A DNA stretch of 56,630 nucleotides from Minisyncoccota bacterium (GTDB lineage: Bacteria > Patescibacteriota > Minisyncoccia > Minisyncoccales > GCA-002788555). The stretch lies in assembly GCA_028716825.1 (NCBI GenBank), contig JAQUPA010000002.1, positions 1 to 56,630 on the forward strand, in the 5' to 3' direction. The notes under the pieces are model-generated. The model made no database searches, was not told the DNA's origin, and was given only the letters and a program-made list of their open reading frames with translations. Positions within the stretch are counted from its first letter, which is position 1. Every line of letters begins with the position of its first letter. This document shows positions 15,879 through 25,333 of the stretch, in pieces. The position numbers and the translations under genes were made by a program.

Positions 15879-16433
15879 TTATAAACTAATTTCTTGCATT
15901 ATTCTGTTTAAAGATTGTTCAGGTTCTTCATTGCTTGTATCTATAAAGATATACCCGCCTTTCTCTTGAAAATAGTCTATGTATTTCTGCCGGAAAAAGC
16001 TATCTTCTTTTATTGTGTCGTATTTTGTTTTTTTCCCTCTATTCTCTATTCTTTCTTTTCTCTCTGGTTCGTTCGAGGTAAAAAGGAAAAAAGAAATATC
16101 TGGTTTCTCGATTAAAAACGAACCTAAAAATTCGTCTTTTATTTCTAATCCTAAGATCTTATGAATCGCGAGAGTTGAATCAATATATCTATCACATATT
16201 ATAATATGTGAATCCCTAATACTTTTTATTTGATCAGAAACAAAGACATTGCCCATTAAATAATAAAGAAATCTCACCCGAAGACTTGCCTCCTCGTCCA
16301 TAAATGATCTAAGTTCTCCTATTCTGAAAATAGAAGGGGGATTGACCACATACTTTGCTTTTAGTTCAGAAGCAAGCATCTTCGCTAAAGTCGTTTTTCC
16401 TCCACCATCAATACCTTCAAAAAGTATAAACAT
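15879..16433 (-). CDS. dTMP-kinase-like P-loop nucleotide kinase
   Basis: FILFEGIDGGGKTT P-loop and DRYIDST (DRY) motif. I prefer the ATG at 16433-16431 (GAAAGGAGG 8 nt upstream) over the track's TTG at 16463. Confidence 0.7.
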   Translation of the reverse strand: MFILFEGIDGGGKTTLAKMLASELKAKYVVNPPSIFRIGELRSFMDEEASLRVRFLYYLMGNVFVSDQIKSIRDSHIIICDRYIDSTLAIHKILGLEIKDEFLGSFLIEKPDISFFLFTSNEPERKERIENRGKKTKYDTIKEDSFFRQKYIDYFQEKGGYIFIDTSNEEPEQSLNRIMQEISL

Positions 16434-16611
16434 TGCACAACCTCCTTTCTCCGTTTCTGGCAAAAACGTATATTAATTCATCGGATTATTTTTTTAAATT
16501 ACTATCACCATTTTTGATAAATGATTAACTATTTTTTTTATATAATAAAAAATAATTACCGTCAATAAAGTAATCTATATTAAAAAATCTTGCCATCCCT
16601 TTTTATTCTTT

Positions 16612-16653
16612 AAAAAACAGGCCCGAGGCCCTTTTTTCTTATAAAAATTTTGT
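16612..16653. repeat. 42-bp perfect direct repeat, copy 2
   Basis: identical to 12348-12389; here it is the genuine 3' end (TKFL + stop) and downstream hairpin of the HD gene. Confidence 0.95.
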
Positions 16654-17247
16654 TTTGGGGGCGTATTTTTTATTTAATTCAACCCACCATTTATCAGTAT
16701 CAATTTCTTTTAACTTTTGGCCAAGTTTTTTTGCTGTGTCGGTTTTAAATCTTTCAAGAGTGAATTCAAGCCATTTTTCTGCTTTTTTATTGCCAAGTTC
16801 AAAACACTCTTTTTCAGTTAGCATTTCAGCTAGAATATCAGCGTCTTTTGTAACTTTTGCTTCTTTTGTCTCTCCTTTAAAATATTCTTTAAATAAATCT
16901 TTAAAATTAAAATCCTGAATATTGTGGTCTTCTGCAATTTCTTCAATGATTTTTAAATCATTGGAAGGAGAACTATAATATCTGTTTATAAGGTTGTGCT
17001 CGCCCGAGCGAGCCTCTATCAAATCATGAATAATCGCCATTTTTATAACCTTGTCTATGTCTACCTTTTCTTTCTTAGCTAAAATCCACGCAAAAATAAT
17101 AGTATAAAAACTATGTTCTGCAACATTTTCTTTAATAGGCCCTTTTAAATAATTATAAGAAGCACGAGGAATATATTTTAAAATTCGCGCCTCTAAAATA
17201 AGATTAACAAGATCTTCAATACAATCCTTTTTCTCTCCTTTGAACAT
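16639..17247 (-). CDS. HD-domain phosphohydrolase (YfbR-like 5'-deoxynucleotidase family)
   Basis: AEHSF ... IIHDLIEARSGE. The track start (TTG at 17277) overlaps the upstream gene; the ATG at 17247-17245 lies 11 nt after that gene's stop. Confidence 0.65.
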   Translation of the reverse strand: MFKGEKKDCIEDLVNLILEARILKYIPRASYNYLKGPIKENVAEHSFYTIIFAWILAKKEKVDIDKVIKMAIIHDLIEARSGEHNLINRYYSSPSNDLKIIEEIAEDHNIQDFNFKDLFKEYFKGETKEAKVTKDADILAEMLTEKECFELGNKKAEKWLEFTLERFKTDTAKKLGQKLKEIDTDKWWVELNKKYAPKTKFL

Positions 17248-17258
17248 ATAAATGAATT

Positions 17259-17954
17259 TTAAGGAATACAGATACAACCTACAAGTTTTCTACTGCCGTC
17301 ATATTCTGAAAGCGTACCACCTGAATAACCCAAGTCATTACTGCAATATCTTTGACATCCAGAAATACAGTAGAGTAAATTTTTCTGGTTAGATAAATCT
17401 TCATGATTACACATAGGTTGATGTGCTATTATCGTGCTTATAGGCACAACCTTCCATTCACTTCCATTTGTGCTTTTTATTTCTCCGTTTGCATGTATTG
17501 TACTAAGCCTGCTTAATCCAGTTGGATCTACTTTATAGTAAGAATTGTTTGTATCATAAAAAAGCTGAGAGTTTACGGCTCCACCAATAAGAGCACTGCC
17601 ATCAATTCCAATATTGTTTGACCATTGAAAAATAGCAGAATTTCCCAAGCGACTTGAGCTAGTCCATAGAGGTATACGATTTGAAGTTCCACTTCCTGTA
17701 ACTGAACCCGTAGGCCAACTTGTTATACAATTTCCCCTAAGACAAACCCTATTTGTTGCACTTAGAGTGGGTGAACTTACCTCTCCATTAACATTCAAAT
17801 TTCTTTTGAATATATAGTTGCCATTTGCAAATGAACCTGGCTCTACCTCGTCCGCAGAATGAAAAACGCCTTCTCTTGCAGCATAGACATACACACCGGC
17901 CAAACAAAGAACAAAAATGATAACGGAAAGAAAAATTATTTTATATTTTGGCAT
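17259..17954 (-). CDS. hypothetical secreted/anchored protein with a Cys-rich C-terminus
   Basis: N-terminal signal-anchor IIFLSVIIFVLCLAGVYVYA; C-terminal CISGCQRYC...GCICIP. Confidence 0.4.
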   Translation of the reverse strand: MPKYKIIFLSVIIFVLCLAGVYVYAAREGVFHSADEVEPGSFANGNYIFKRNLNVNGEVSSPTLSATNRVCLRGNCITSWPTGSVTGSGTSNRIPLWTSSSRLGNSAIFQWSNNIGIDGSALIGGAVNSQLFYDTNNSYYKVDPTGLSRLSTIHANGEIKSTNGSEWKVVPISTIIAHQPMCNHEDLSNQKNLLYCISGCQRYCSNDLGYSGGTLSEYDGSRKLVGCICIP

Positions 17955-17964
17955 ATTTTTTTTC

Positions 17965-18942
17965 TTATATCACACCGACCTTTTTTTTGGCTTTATTTAA
18001 TGTCTTTTGCGCCTCTCTTAAAGCTGCTGTTTTTCCTTCTTCTAAAACTTTTTTTATATAGTTTTCGTTTTTATCAAGTTTTTTCTTCTTGTCTCTTATT
18101 TTAGCTAAAAATTTATTTATATTTTTCGCTAAAATTTCTTTTGACTCTTGATAAGAAATACCGCCTTCTTTATATCTTTTTCTGATTTTTTCTAATTCAC
18201 TTTTTGGGCTAAATAATTTATGAAAATAAAAAACATTACAATTTTCAGGATTCTTTGGCTCCTCGGGCCGCTTTGAATCTGTAACTATTTTCATTATTTT
18301 TTCTTTCGTTTCTTCTTCTGAATCAAAAAGACCAATCACATTATTATAACTCTTGGACATCTTTCTACCATCCAACCCTTTAATTACTGCAACATCTTGT
18401 TTAACCATTATTTCTGGAATTTTAAATGTTTTTCCGTAAATATTATTAAATCTTTTAGCTGTTTCCTGAGCCATTTCAACGTGTTGTTTCTGGTCCTTCC
18501 CAACAGGCACAATATCTGAATTATATATTAAAATATCTGCTGCCATCAAAACCGGATAATCAAAAAGGCCCATATTCACTGACTTTCCCTTCGCAACTGC
18601 ATCTTTATATGCGTGTGCACGTTTTAGTAGCGCCATTGGCAAAATACAATTAAAAATCCAGCAAAGCTCTGTAACCTGCGGAACATCGGATTGTTTAAAT
18701 AAATGAACTTTCTTTGGATCAAGTCCCGCAGCAAGATACGCCTTTACAATTTCTAAACTATCTTTCTTAATTTTCTTAGGATCTTTTACCTGGTTTAAGG
18801 CATGATAGTCGGCTATAAAAATAAAACTTTCATAGTTTTTCTGAAATTCCAAAAACTGCATCATTGCGCCAAAATAATTTCCGATATGAAGATCACCAGT
18901 TGGCTTAATTCCCGATAATAATCTTTTTTTTGTCTTATGCAT
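17965..18942 (-). CDS. trpS: tryptophan--tRNA ligase
   Basis: GIKPTGDLHIGNYFGA (HIGH region) and KMSKS. Confidence 0.95.
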   Translation of the reverse strand: MHKTKKRLLSGIKPTGDLHIGNYFGAMMQFLEFQKNYESFIFIADYHALNQVKDPKKIKKDSLEIVKAYLAAGLDPKKVHLFKQSDVPQVTELCWIFNCILPMALLKRAHAYKDAVAKGKSVNMGLFDYPVLMAADILIYNSDIVPVGKDQKQHVEMAQETAKRFNNIYGKTFKIPEIMVKQDVAVIKGLDGRKMSKSYNNVIGLFDSEEETKEKIMKIVTDSKRPEEPKNPENCNVFYFHKLFSPKSELEKIRKRYKEGGISYQESKEILAKNINKFLAKIRDKKKKLDKNENYIKKVLEEGKTAALREAQKTLNKAKKKVGVI

Positions 18943-19002
18943 TTATGTGTTTTTAAAACGGATTAAAATCCGGCAAATCTAAAATGAGATTCTAGGACAA
19001 TT

Positions 19003-20058
19003 TTATTTAGAATTTCTTCTAAAAAGAGGTTTTACTCTTCTCTCTATAAAATAATCTGAATAATTTTCTTTTACAAGAGCAATAATAATGGCTGTTAAAG
19101 GAATAGAAAGTATTGCTCCTAAAACACCAAATACTTTACCGGCAATAAATAAGACGACTATAACTAAAATAGGGTGCAAATCCACTCTTCTTCTCATTAC
19201 AAAAGGAACAATTAGAAAGTTTTCAAGCTGTTGAACTATTATAAAAACCAAAGCTGCCCATAACGCCATAGGAACGCCACCCTGAACAAGCGCCAAAAAC
19301 GAACCAATAACTCCAGCCAAAACAGGACCTAACATCGGAATAACCTCAAGCACCGCTGCCAAAACCGCTAGTACCAAAGCATATTTAACACCAACCAAAG
19401 AAAGACCAATATAAACTAATAATCCAACTATTGTTCCTAAGATAAAATAGCTATAAAGCCAACGACCAGCTATATTCTCTGCCCTTTTCCATCCTTTTAA
19501 AATTTTATCTTCTAATCTCTTATTACCAGAAGCGATAAGTCCTGAAATTCTTTCTGCGGTTTTCTTCTCCACAGCAAAATAGAAAGAAATTATGACAACA
19601 AATATCAAGTTAAATAATCCTCCGAAAAATCCAGAAAGAACGCCTGCTGCAGCAGTAAGACCTTGAGATAAACCCTGGATAAAACCTGATAAAGAATTTT
19701 TAATACCCTCCAACAACCCTACGCCTCCTATTGCTTTGTCTAATTTTGAAATTAAATCAACAAAGTTTTCTGAAATTTGAGGAGAGGAAGTAAAGAAATT
19801 TTGAACTTCCGTGATAAGTGGCGGAAAGATTATTGCAAGAATTAAGCTAATAAAAATTAAAAATAAGATAAATATCAATACACCGGATAATGCTCTTGGA
19901 AATTTCTTTTTTTCTAAAAAATCAATCCCGGGCCTAAGAGCGGAAGCAATTACAAAAGCGAATACAAAATAAGCGACAATATCACGCAAAAAATACAAAA
20001 GCCAAATTGTCAATAAAACCGCTAAAACTTTAAGAGTGGCAGAAATAACTTTATCCAT
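19003..20058 (-). CDS. AI-2E family transporter (PerM/UPF0118-like permease)
   Basis: polytopic membrane protein with the typical length and C-terminal IPMLGP-containing region. Confidence 0.75.
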   Translation of the reverse strand: MDKVISATLKVLAVLLTIWLLYFLRDIVAYFVFAFVIASALRPGIDFLEKKKFPRALSGVLIFILFLIFISLILAIIFPPLITEVQNFFTSSPQISENFVDLISKLDKAIGGVGLLEGIKNSLSGFIQGLSQGLTAAAGVLSGFFGGLFNLIFVVIISFYFAVEKKTAERISGLIASGNKRLEDKILKGWKRAENIAGRWLYSYFILGTIVGLLVYIGLSLVGVKYALVLAVLAAVLEVIPMLGPVLAGVIGSFLALVQGGVPMALWAALVFIIVQQLENFLIVPFVMRRRVDLHPILVIVVLFIAGKVFGVLGAILSIPLTAIIIALVKENYSDYFIERRVKPLFRRNSK

Positions 20059-20106
20059 AAAAATTTGATATTATTAATTTTAACAAAATTTGGATAAAAA
20101 AATCAA

Positions 20107-21363
20107 CTAAAGTGTGAAATTTTGTATTTTTTTCTTTTTGGGGGAAATTACAGCTAAATTTAACCTACTTGGTGTAAAAATATATTTTGCAACATTAAGA
20201 ATATCTCTCTTATTTACTTTATCAATTGCTCTAATTTTTTCTTCCGGACTTATAATATTTCTTTCCAAAAGGGCCTGACTTGCATAAAAAGAAGCTATAT
20301 TGTCGCTTTCCTCCAAAGAAAGCCCGAATAAACCCTTTATGTATTCTTTTGCCATTTTTATTTCTTTTTCTGTCAAATTTCCTTTTTTTATTTTTTTATA
20401 CTCTTGTGTTATTAAAAAAGTTGCCTTTTCAATATTTTTATGGTCGATGCCAGCGTATGTTACTAAATAACCCGTGTCAGGATTTAATTCTACGCTCGTA
20501 TGAATATAATAAGCAAGACCCCTTTTTTCTCTAAGTTCCTGAAACATGCGAGAGGACATGTTACCACCAAGAATAACTGATAAAACCTGAAGAGCAAAAC
20601 GTCTTTTATCAAAAATATTAAAGGCGCGAACACCAAGAGCAAGATGTGTTTGTTTGGTATTCTTCTTAAAAAATAATTTCCTTGGACTTGTTTGAAATTC
20701 TCTTACAGATTTTTTCTTTTTTTGAGTTTTTTGACTTATATCTGAAAAACAATCCCCAATCATAGATAATGTTTTTTTATTGTCAATCTTGCCCGCAACA
20801 CAAACAACTGTATTTTGACTAACATAATAGTTTTTTATGTAATTTAAAAAATCTTCTCTTTGTATTTTTAAAACATTTTTTCTCTCTCCTGTTATTTTCC
20901 ATCCTGCTGGCTGATCGCCATATAAAAGCTCCTCCCACACCCACTCAATATAATGCATAGGAGTATCTTCAAACATTTTAATTTCTTCTATAATTACTCC
21001 CCTTTCTTTATTAATTTCTTCGTCTGGAAGCGTTGAGTTTAAAAATATATCCGAAACCAAATCAAGGGCTAAATTAAAATGGGAATAATCTACTTTTACA
21101 AAATATCCCGTATAATCTTTGGAAGTAAATGCATTTATAATCCCGCCGACACCATCAATTTCTTTTGAAACATCAAGAGCACTTTTTCTTTTTTTTGTTC
21201 CCTTAAAATACATATGCTCCAAGAAATGAGATATACCGTTTTCTTTTTTTGTTTCGTATTTTGTGCCAGCTTTTACCAAAATTAAAACAGTTACACTATG
21301 TGTGTTTTTCATTGGACAAGTAATTATTTTCAATCCATTCTTTAAAACTGTTTTTTTAAACAT
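20107..21363 (-). CDS. M16-family zinc peptidase
   Basis: inverted zinc motif HFLEH in GISHFLEHMYFKGT. Confidence 0.9.
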   Translation of the reverse strand: MFKKTVLKNGLKIITCPMKNTHSVTVLILVKAGTKYETKKENGISHFLEHMYFKGTKKRKSALDVSKEIDGVGGIINAFTSKDYTGYFVKVDYSHFNLALDLVSDIFLNSTLPDEEINKERGVIIEEIKMFEDTPMHYIEWVWEELLYGDQPAGWKITGERKNVLKIQREDFLNYIKNYYVSQNTVVCVAGKIDNKKTLSMIGDCFSDISQKTQKKKKSVREFQTSPRKLFFKKNTKQTHLALGVRAFNIFDKRRFALQVLSVILGGNMSSRMFQELREKRGLAYYIHTSVELNPDTGYLVTYAGIDHKNIEKATFLITQEYKKIKKGNLTEKEIKMAKEYIKGLFGLSLEESDNIASFYASQALLERNIISPEEKIRAIDKVNKRDILNVAKYIFTPSRLNLAVISPKKKKIQNFTL

Positions 21364-22730
21364 TATTTCGCTATCTCTTTTTGCAAATAACTAACAAGGT
21401 CTGAATTTTTTATTCTTTTTTGCTTCATGGTATCGCGGTCCCGAAGAGTTACTGCATCGTCTTTTAGGGTATCAAAATCAATAGTCAAACAATACGGCGT
21501 CCCTGCTTCGTCCTGTCTTCTATATCTTCTTCCTATTGTTCCTCCCTCATCATACTGTGCTGAAAAATAAATCTTAAGGGATTTAAAAACATCCTTTGCC
21601 TTCTTTACTAATTTTGGCTTATTTTTAACAAGGGGCAAAATCGCTACCCTTATTGGAGATAAATTTTTATTTAATCTTAAAATAATTTCTTCTTCTTTTG
21701 CTGACTTTGTAGTTTTTGTCCTGCCACCTTTTACTTCTTCAAAACCATCACATAAAAACGCAAAAAGAGATCTTTCAACCCCGACCGAAGTCTCGATTAT
21801 ATAAGGAAAATATTTCTCTTTGGTTTTTTCGTCAAAATATTTAAGATCTTCTCCTGAATTTTTGGAATGATTAGATAAGTCCCAGTCGCCTCTGTTATGA
21901 ATCCCTTCAATTTCCCTCCAACCAAAAGGAAATTTATATTCAAGATCAAATTGCTGCCTTGCGTAATGAGATCTTTCTTCTTTTGGAACTTCAATAAATC
22001 TTAAATTTTCTTTTTTCATTCCAAGTCCCAAATACCATTTGAATCTTTCTTTCTTCCAGTAATCAAAATATTTTTCCGATGCTTTTGGATTGCAGATCCA
22101 CTGCATCTCCATTTGCTCAATTCCTCTTATTCTGTAAATAAAATTTCCTGGCGTAATTTCATTCCTGAAAGCTTTCCCAATTTGGGCCATGCCAAAAGGA
22201 ATTTTTAGTCTCGTTGAGTTTAAAATATTCAAAAAATTGACATATATCCCTTGGCACGTTTCTGCCCTTAAATAGGTTGTTGCTGCTTCATTCTCAACTG
22301 GTCCTATAAAGGTTTTCATCATTAAATTGAACTTTCTTGGTTCTGTAAATTCATGTTTTCCGCCACCAGGACAATTCCAAAATTTATCGCTTTCTTTGTT
22401 TGTTCCAAAAACTGGTACTTGATCTTCCCTAAATCTTTGATTGCATTTTTTACACTCAACCAATTCATCAGCAAATCCTGCAGTTAAGTGCCCTGAGGCC
22501 TGCCAAACTTTTGGAGACATTAAAATTGCAGCGTCTAATCCCACAATATTTTCATGATTTTTCGTCATCTCGTCCCACCAGGATTTTTTAATATTATTTT
22601 TCAATTCAACCCCTAACGGTCCAAAATCATAACAAGAACCAAATCCTCCATAAATTTCAGATGATTGAAAAACAAAACCTCGGCGCTTTGCAAGAGATAT
22701 AATTTTAGATAATTTAGACATTTTACTCAA
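21363..22730 (-). CDS. glyQS: glycine--tRNA ligase (homodimeric type)
   Basis: RRGFVFQSSEIYGG N-terminus, class II motifs, C-terminal anticodon-binding region. Confidence 0.9.
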   Translation of the reverse strand: MSKMSKLSKIISLAKRRGFVFQSSEIYGGFGSCYDFGPLGVELKNNIKKSWWDEMTKNHENIVGLDAAILMSPKVWQASGHLTAGFADELVECKKCNQRFREDQVPVFGTNKESDKFWNCPGGGKHEFTEPRKFNLMMKTFIGPVENEAATTYLRAETCQGIYVNFLNILNSTRLKIPFGMAQIGKAFRNEITPGNFIYRIRGIEQMEMQWICNPKASEKYFDYWKKERFKWYLGLGMKKENLRFIEVPKEERSHYARQQFDLEYKFPFGWREIEGIHNRGDWDLSNHSKNSGEDLKYFDEKTKEKYFPYIIETSVGVERSLFAFLCDGFEEVKGGRTKTTKSAKEEEIILRLNKNLSPIRVAILPLVKNKPKLVKKAKDVFKSLKIYFSAQYDEGGTIGRRYRRQDEAGTPYCLTIDFDTLKDDAVTLRDRDTMKQKRIKNSDLVSYLQKEIAK

Positions 22731-24399
22731 CAGAATCTGTGCTTAAAGATGGAGATAAATTCTCAAAAGTCTGACCCGTCCAACTATCTTTTCCTGAAAA
22801 TTTAGAACCAGTAATTAAATCTTGAGGTAGTTTTTTTGGTTTAATTTTAATCTGGAAAGCGAAATCTCTTGAATAATTATAACTCATAGTTCCCAGGGTT
22901 AAAGTTACTCTTTTTGTCTTTTTGTCATAAGAAAATCTTGCACCAGGAGCATAAACTTTTCCAGTCCAGGTTACATTTTCTCCTAAAGTGCCTGTAATTT
23001 TTGTATTCTGTAGGTTATTGCCCCTGTTTTTTGCTTTCCAGTGAATAACTAGTGTTGTCTCTTTATTTTCTGCTATCGGGAAATTTCCTCCAGTAGCTAC
23101 CTTACCCCTTAATCTTGATGGTAAATGATAATATGCATACTGATAAAAAGAAGACTGAGAGCTAATTTTTGTTCTTTGTTGTTTCTTTACTTTGTTAATT
23201 TTTATTTTTTCTATAATTGAGGCATTAGAAGCTAAAATTCCTTTTTTTACGTCAACGCTAAATCCAACATTACCTTCATCATAAGGTCCTAAATATAAAA
23301 GTTCGGGAATATTTTCTGAAGAAAATATAACTTTATTACCACTTACCTGACCACCTTGACATTTTAAAGTTGAAAAATCAATAAAATCACTTTCGAGTTC
23401 AACTGTTAAGCTCAGATCACGGTAAATTTCTTCACCCGCATTTTTAAAAGTAACTATATAGGATAATTTTTCTCCAGGAACAGGAAAATAATTTGCTTGT
23501 CCATTAATTTTTCGAAAAACTTCTATTGTAGAAGAGATAATTTTTACCGACGACTCTTTAAGTGCCAAAGGAATAAATTCATAAAGTTCTTCATCAAATT
23601 TTCCAATCTCGGCTTTAAACATTTTCTCATCGTCTACCTCACCACTTAGTTTTCCTTTTATTTCCACTTTTTGTCCTTCTCCTTCGTTTAATGTGCCTAC
23701 ATCAAAAATTATCTTACTTTGAGAAGTTTCTTCTCCCTCGGCAGCATTCTCAGGCCTTTCATTATCGGTGATACCAGAAGTTCTTATGAAACCATTGGGT
23801 AAAGATAATTTAACCTGAACATTTTCAAGGGGCGAAGAAAAACCAGATTGCCAAGAAAGAACAATAGTAAATTCCTGTCCTTTGTCTACTTTTTCTGGTA
23901 TTTTCATGTTAAATGTAACAAGAGAGTTTGTAATAATTGTAACTGCAGTGGTTTCGTTTTGAAATTCCGTAGAAAATCCTTTTGGATTATAAGTTAAAGA
24001 AGCTTTTGACTCTTTTTTTTCATTTTTTTTGCCAAAAACCACCCCCGAGAAATTTTCTGTCTTCTCTTGTTGGGGTAAAATGCTATCAATTTGAATTTCT
24101 TCTCTTTTTTTAATAGAACCTTCTTTGTCAAAAGTCCCGGATGGATACTCAAAATTAAGGTTTATATTTTGTATTTCAATATTGCTATTATTTTTAACAC
24201 TAATAATCCAGCTAATTTCCTCTCCACTTGAAGCTTCTTTTGGGGTATCAATTTTAACAACAACATTTTCTGTAGAAAAAGTGTTTCTAAAAAAGAAAAA
24301 ATAAATACCAGTGCCAAGAACAGCTAATATCAAAAATATTATAAAATATTTAACTTTCTTTGATTTCCAGTTTATATGAATATCGCGGTTAAGATTCAT
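22723..24399 (-). CDS. large membrane-anchored extracellular protein at the end of the pilus cluster
   Basis: N-terminal TM helix and a long beta-rich region. Start overlaps 24389..24661 and stop overlaps the glyQS start. Confidence 0.4.
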   Translation of the reverse strand: MNLNRDIHINWKSKKVKYFIIFLILAVLGTGIYFFFFRNTFSTENVVVKIDTPKEASSGEEISWIISVKNNSNIEIQNINLNFEYPSGTFDKEGSIKKREEIQIDSILPQQEKTENFSGVVFGKKNEKKESKASLTYNPKGFSTEFQNETTAVTIITNSLVTFNMKIPEKVDKGQEFTIVLSWQSGFSSPLENVQVKLSLPNGFIRTSGITDNERPENAAEGEETSQSKIIFDVGTLNEGEGQKVEIKGKLSGEVDDEKMFKAEIGKFDEELYEFIPLALKESSVKIISSTIEVFRKINGQANYFPVPGEKLSYIVTFKNAGEEIYRDLSLTVELESDFIDFSTLKCQGGQVSGNKVIFSSENIPELLYLGPYDEGNVGFSVDVKKGILASNASIIEKIKINKVKKQQRTKISSQSSFYQYAYYHLPSRLRGKVATGGNFPIAENKETTLVIHWKAKNRGNNLQNTKITGTLGENVTWTGKVYAPGARFSYDKKTKRVTLTLGTMSYNYSRDFAFQIKIKPKKLPQDLITGSKFSGKDSWTGQTFENLSPSLSTDSVE

Positions 24400-24661
24400 T
24401 TTCTTTAAATAGGTCTTTATATTTTTTCTGAAGACTTTGTTTATATTTTGACTCCCTTATTTGGATTTCTTTAATAAGCTTTTGCAATTTTGATTCATTA
24501 AAACCTGTATCTTTCGGCGCTTGAACCGGAGAGACAATTTTAGAATATATTGTCCAATAAAAAATAATAACAAATATTATAACAAATAAAAACATTGTAA
24601 GTAAAATTAAAGAATATCTCTTTGTTAAAAATGATAATAATTTTTTGGACTGTGGCTTCAT
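24389..24661 (-). CDS. small single-pass membrane protein
   Basis: ORF track; hydrophobic helix LILLTMFLFVIIFVIIFYWTI. Confidence 0.4.
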   Translation of the reverse strand: MKPQSKKLLSFLTKRYSLILLTMFLFVIIFVIIFYWTIYSKIVSPVQAPKDTGFNESKLQKLIKEIQIRESKYKQSLQKKYKDLFKENES

Positions 24662-24698
24662 TGTTAATTTTAGTTTCTTATTATTTATAAAATATAAA

Positions 24699-25316
24699 TT
24701 ACTTATTTAATTGTTTCTCCTGTTGCTGTTCTTCTTTTGGCTCTGTATAAACTCTTAATTCAAACTCGCCTTCTGCTATTTCTGTTTTTTCACACTTCCC
24801 TTCGCCCTGCTCTTGGCAAGAACCCGAAATTAACTTTGTAAGACTAACTTTCTGCAATTCCATTAATTGAAAATTGCCAAAAGGAGTATTTTCAATCGCA
24901 AAAAAGAAACGCAAAACGCCAGGGAAAACTCCTTCTAGTTTAAATTTTAAAAGATAAAAATTATTATTATTTGTTGGTTGAACAATTTCCTTAGCTTCAA
25001 TAGAAATATTATGTTTTCTTGCTACTGCTTCAAGGTTGGTTGCAAATTTTCCAACCCTTTCAAGCTCGTTTTCTCCTCTTTCGAAAAAAGAATTTTCAAT
25101 TTTTGCCATCTTTCCTTTCTGCTCTTTGAATTTTTCTTTCCTTTCCTCAAGGGTATTTATTTTTTCTCGAAAAGCAGAAAAATCTTCTTTTTCTTTAAAA
25201 TATTTATGCATTCCTAAGTTTAATCTTTTAAAAGCAAAGAAAATACCGACAATAATAAAGACAATAATTAAAATCCAGATAATAAAAATTAATTTTCTTT
25301 TCTTTGGCCCTGTCAT
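24699..25316 (-). CDS. PilO-like pilus assembly protein
   Basis: N-terminal TM helix, coiled coil, C-terminal domain; positioned after the pilM and pilN-like genes. Confidence 0.45.
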   Translation of the reverse strand: MTGPKKRKLIFIIWILIIVFIIVGIFFAFKRLNLGMHKYFKEKEDFSAFREKINTLEERKEKFKEQKGKMAKIENSFFERGENELERVGKFATNLEAVARKHNISIEAKEIVQPTNNNNFYLLKFKLEGVFPGVLRFFFAIENTPFGNFQLMELQKVSLTKLISGSCQEQGEGKCEKTEIAEGEFELRVYTEPKEEQQQEKQLNK

Positions 25317-25333
25317 GATTTAAATATAATTTA

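Larger units (their letters stand above)
12348..16653 (-). mobile_element. 4.26-kb accessory block bracketed by the perfect 42-bp direct repeat; no recombinase seen
   Basis: Repeats lie 4264 bp apart. Contents are five genes in two transcription units with two non-backbone compositions: about 13-20% GC (12375-15250) and about 37% GC (15327-16433) in sampled lines. Confidence 0.45.
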
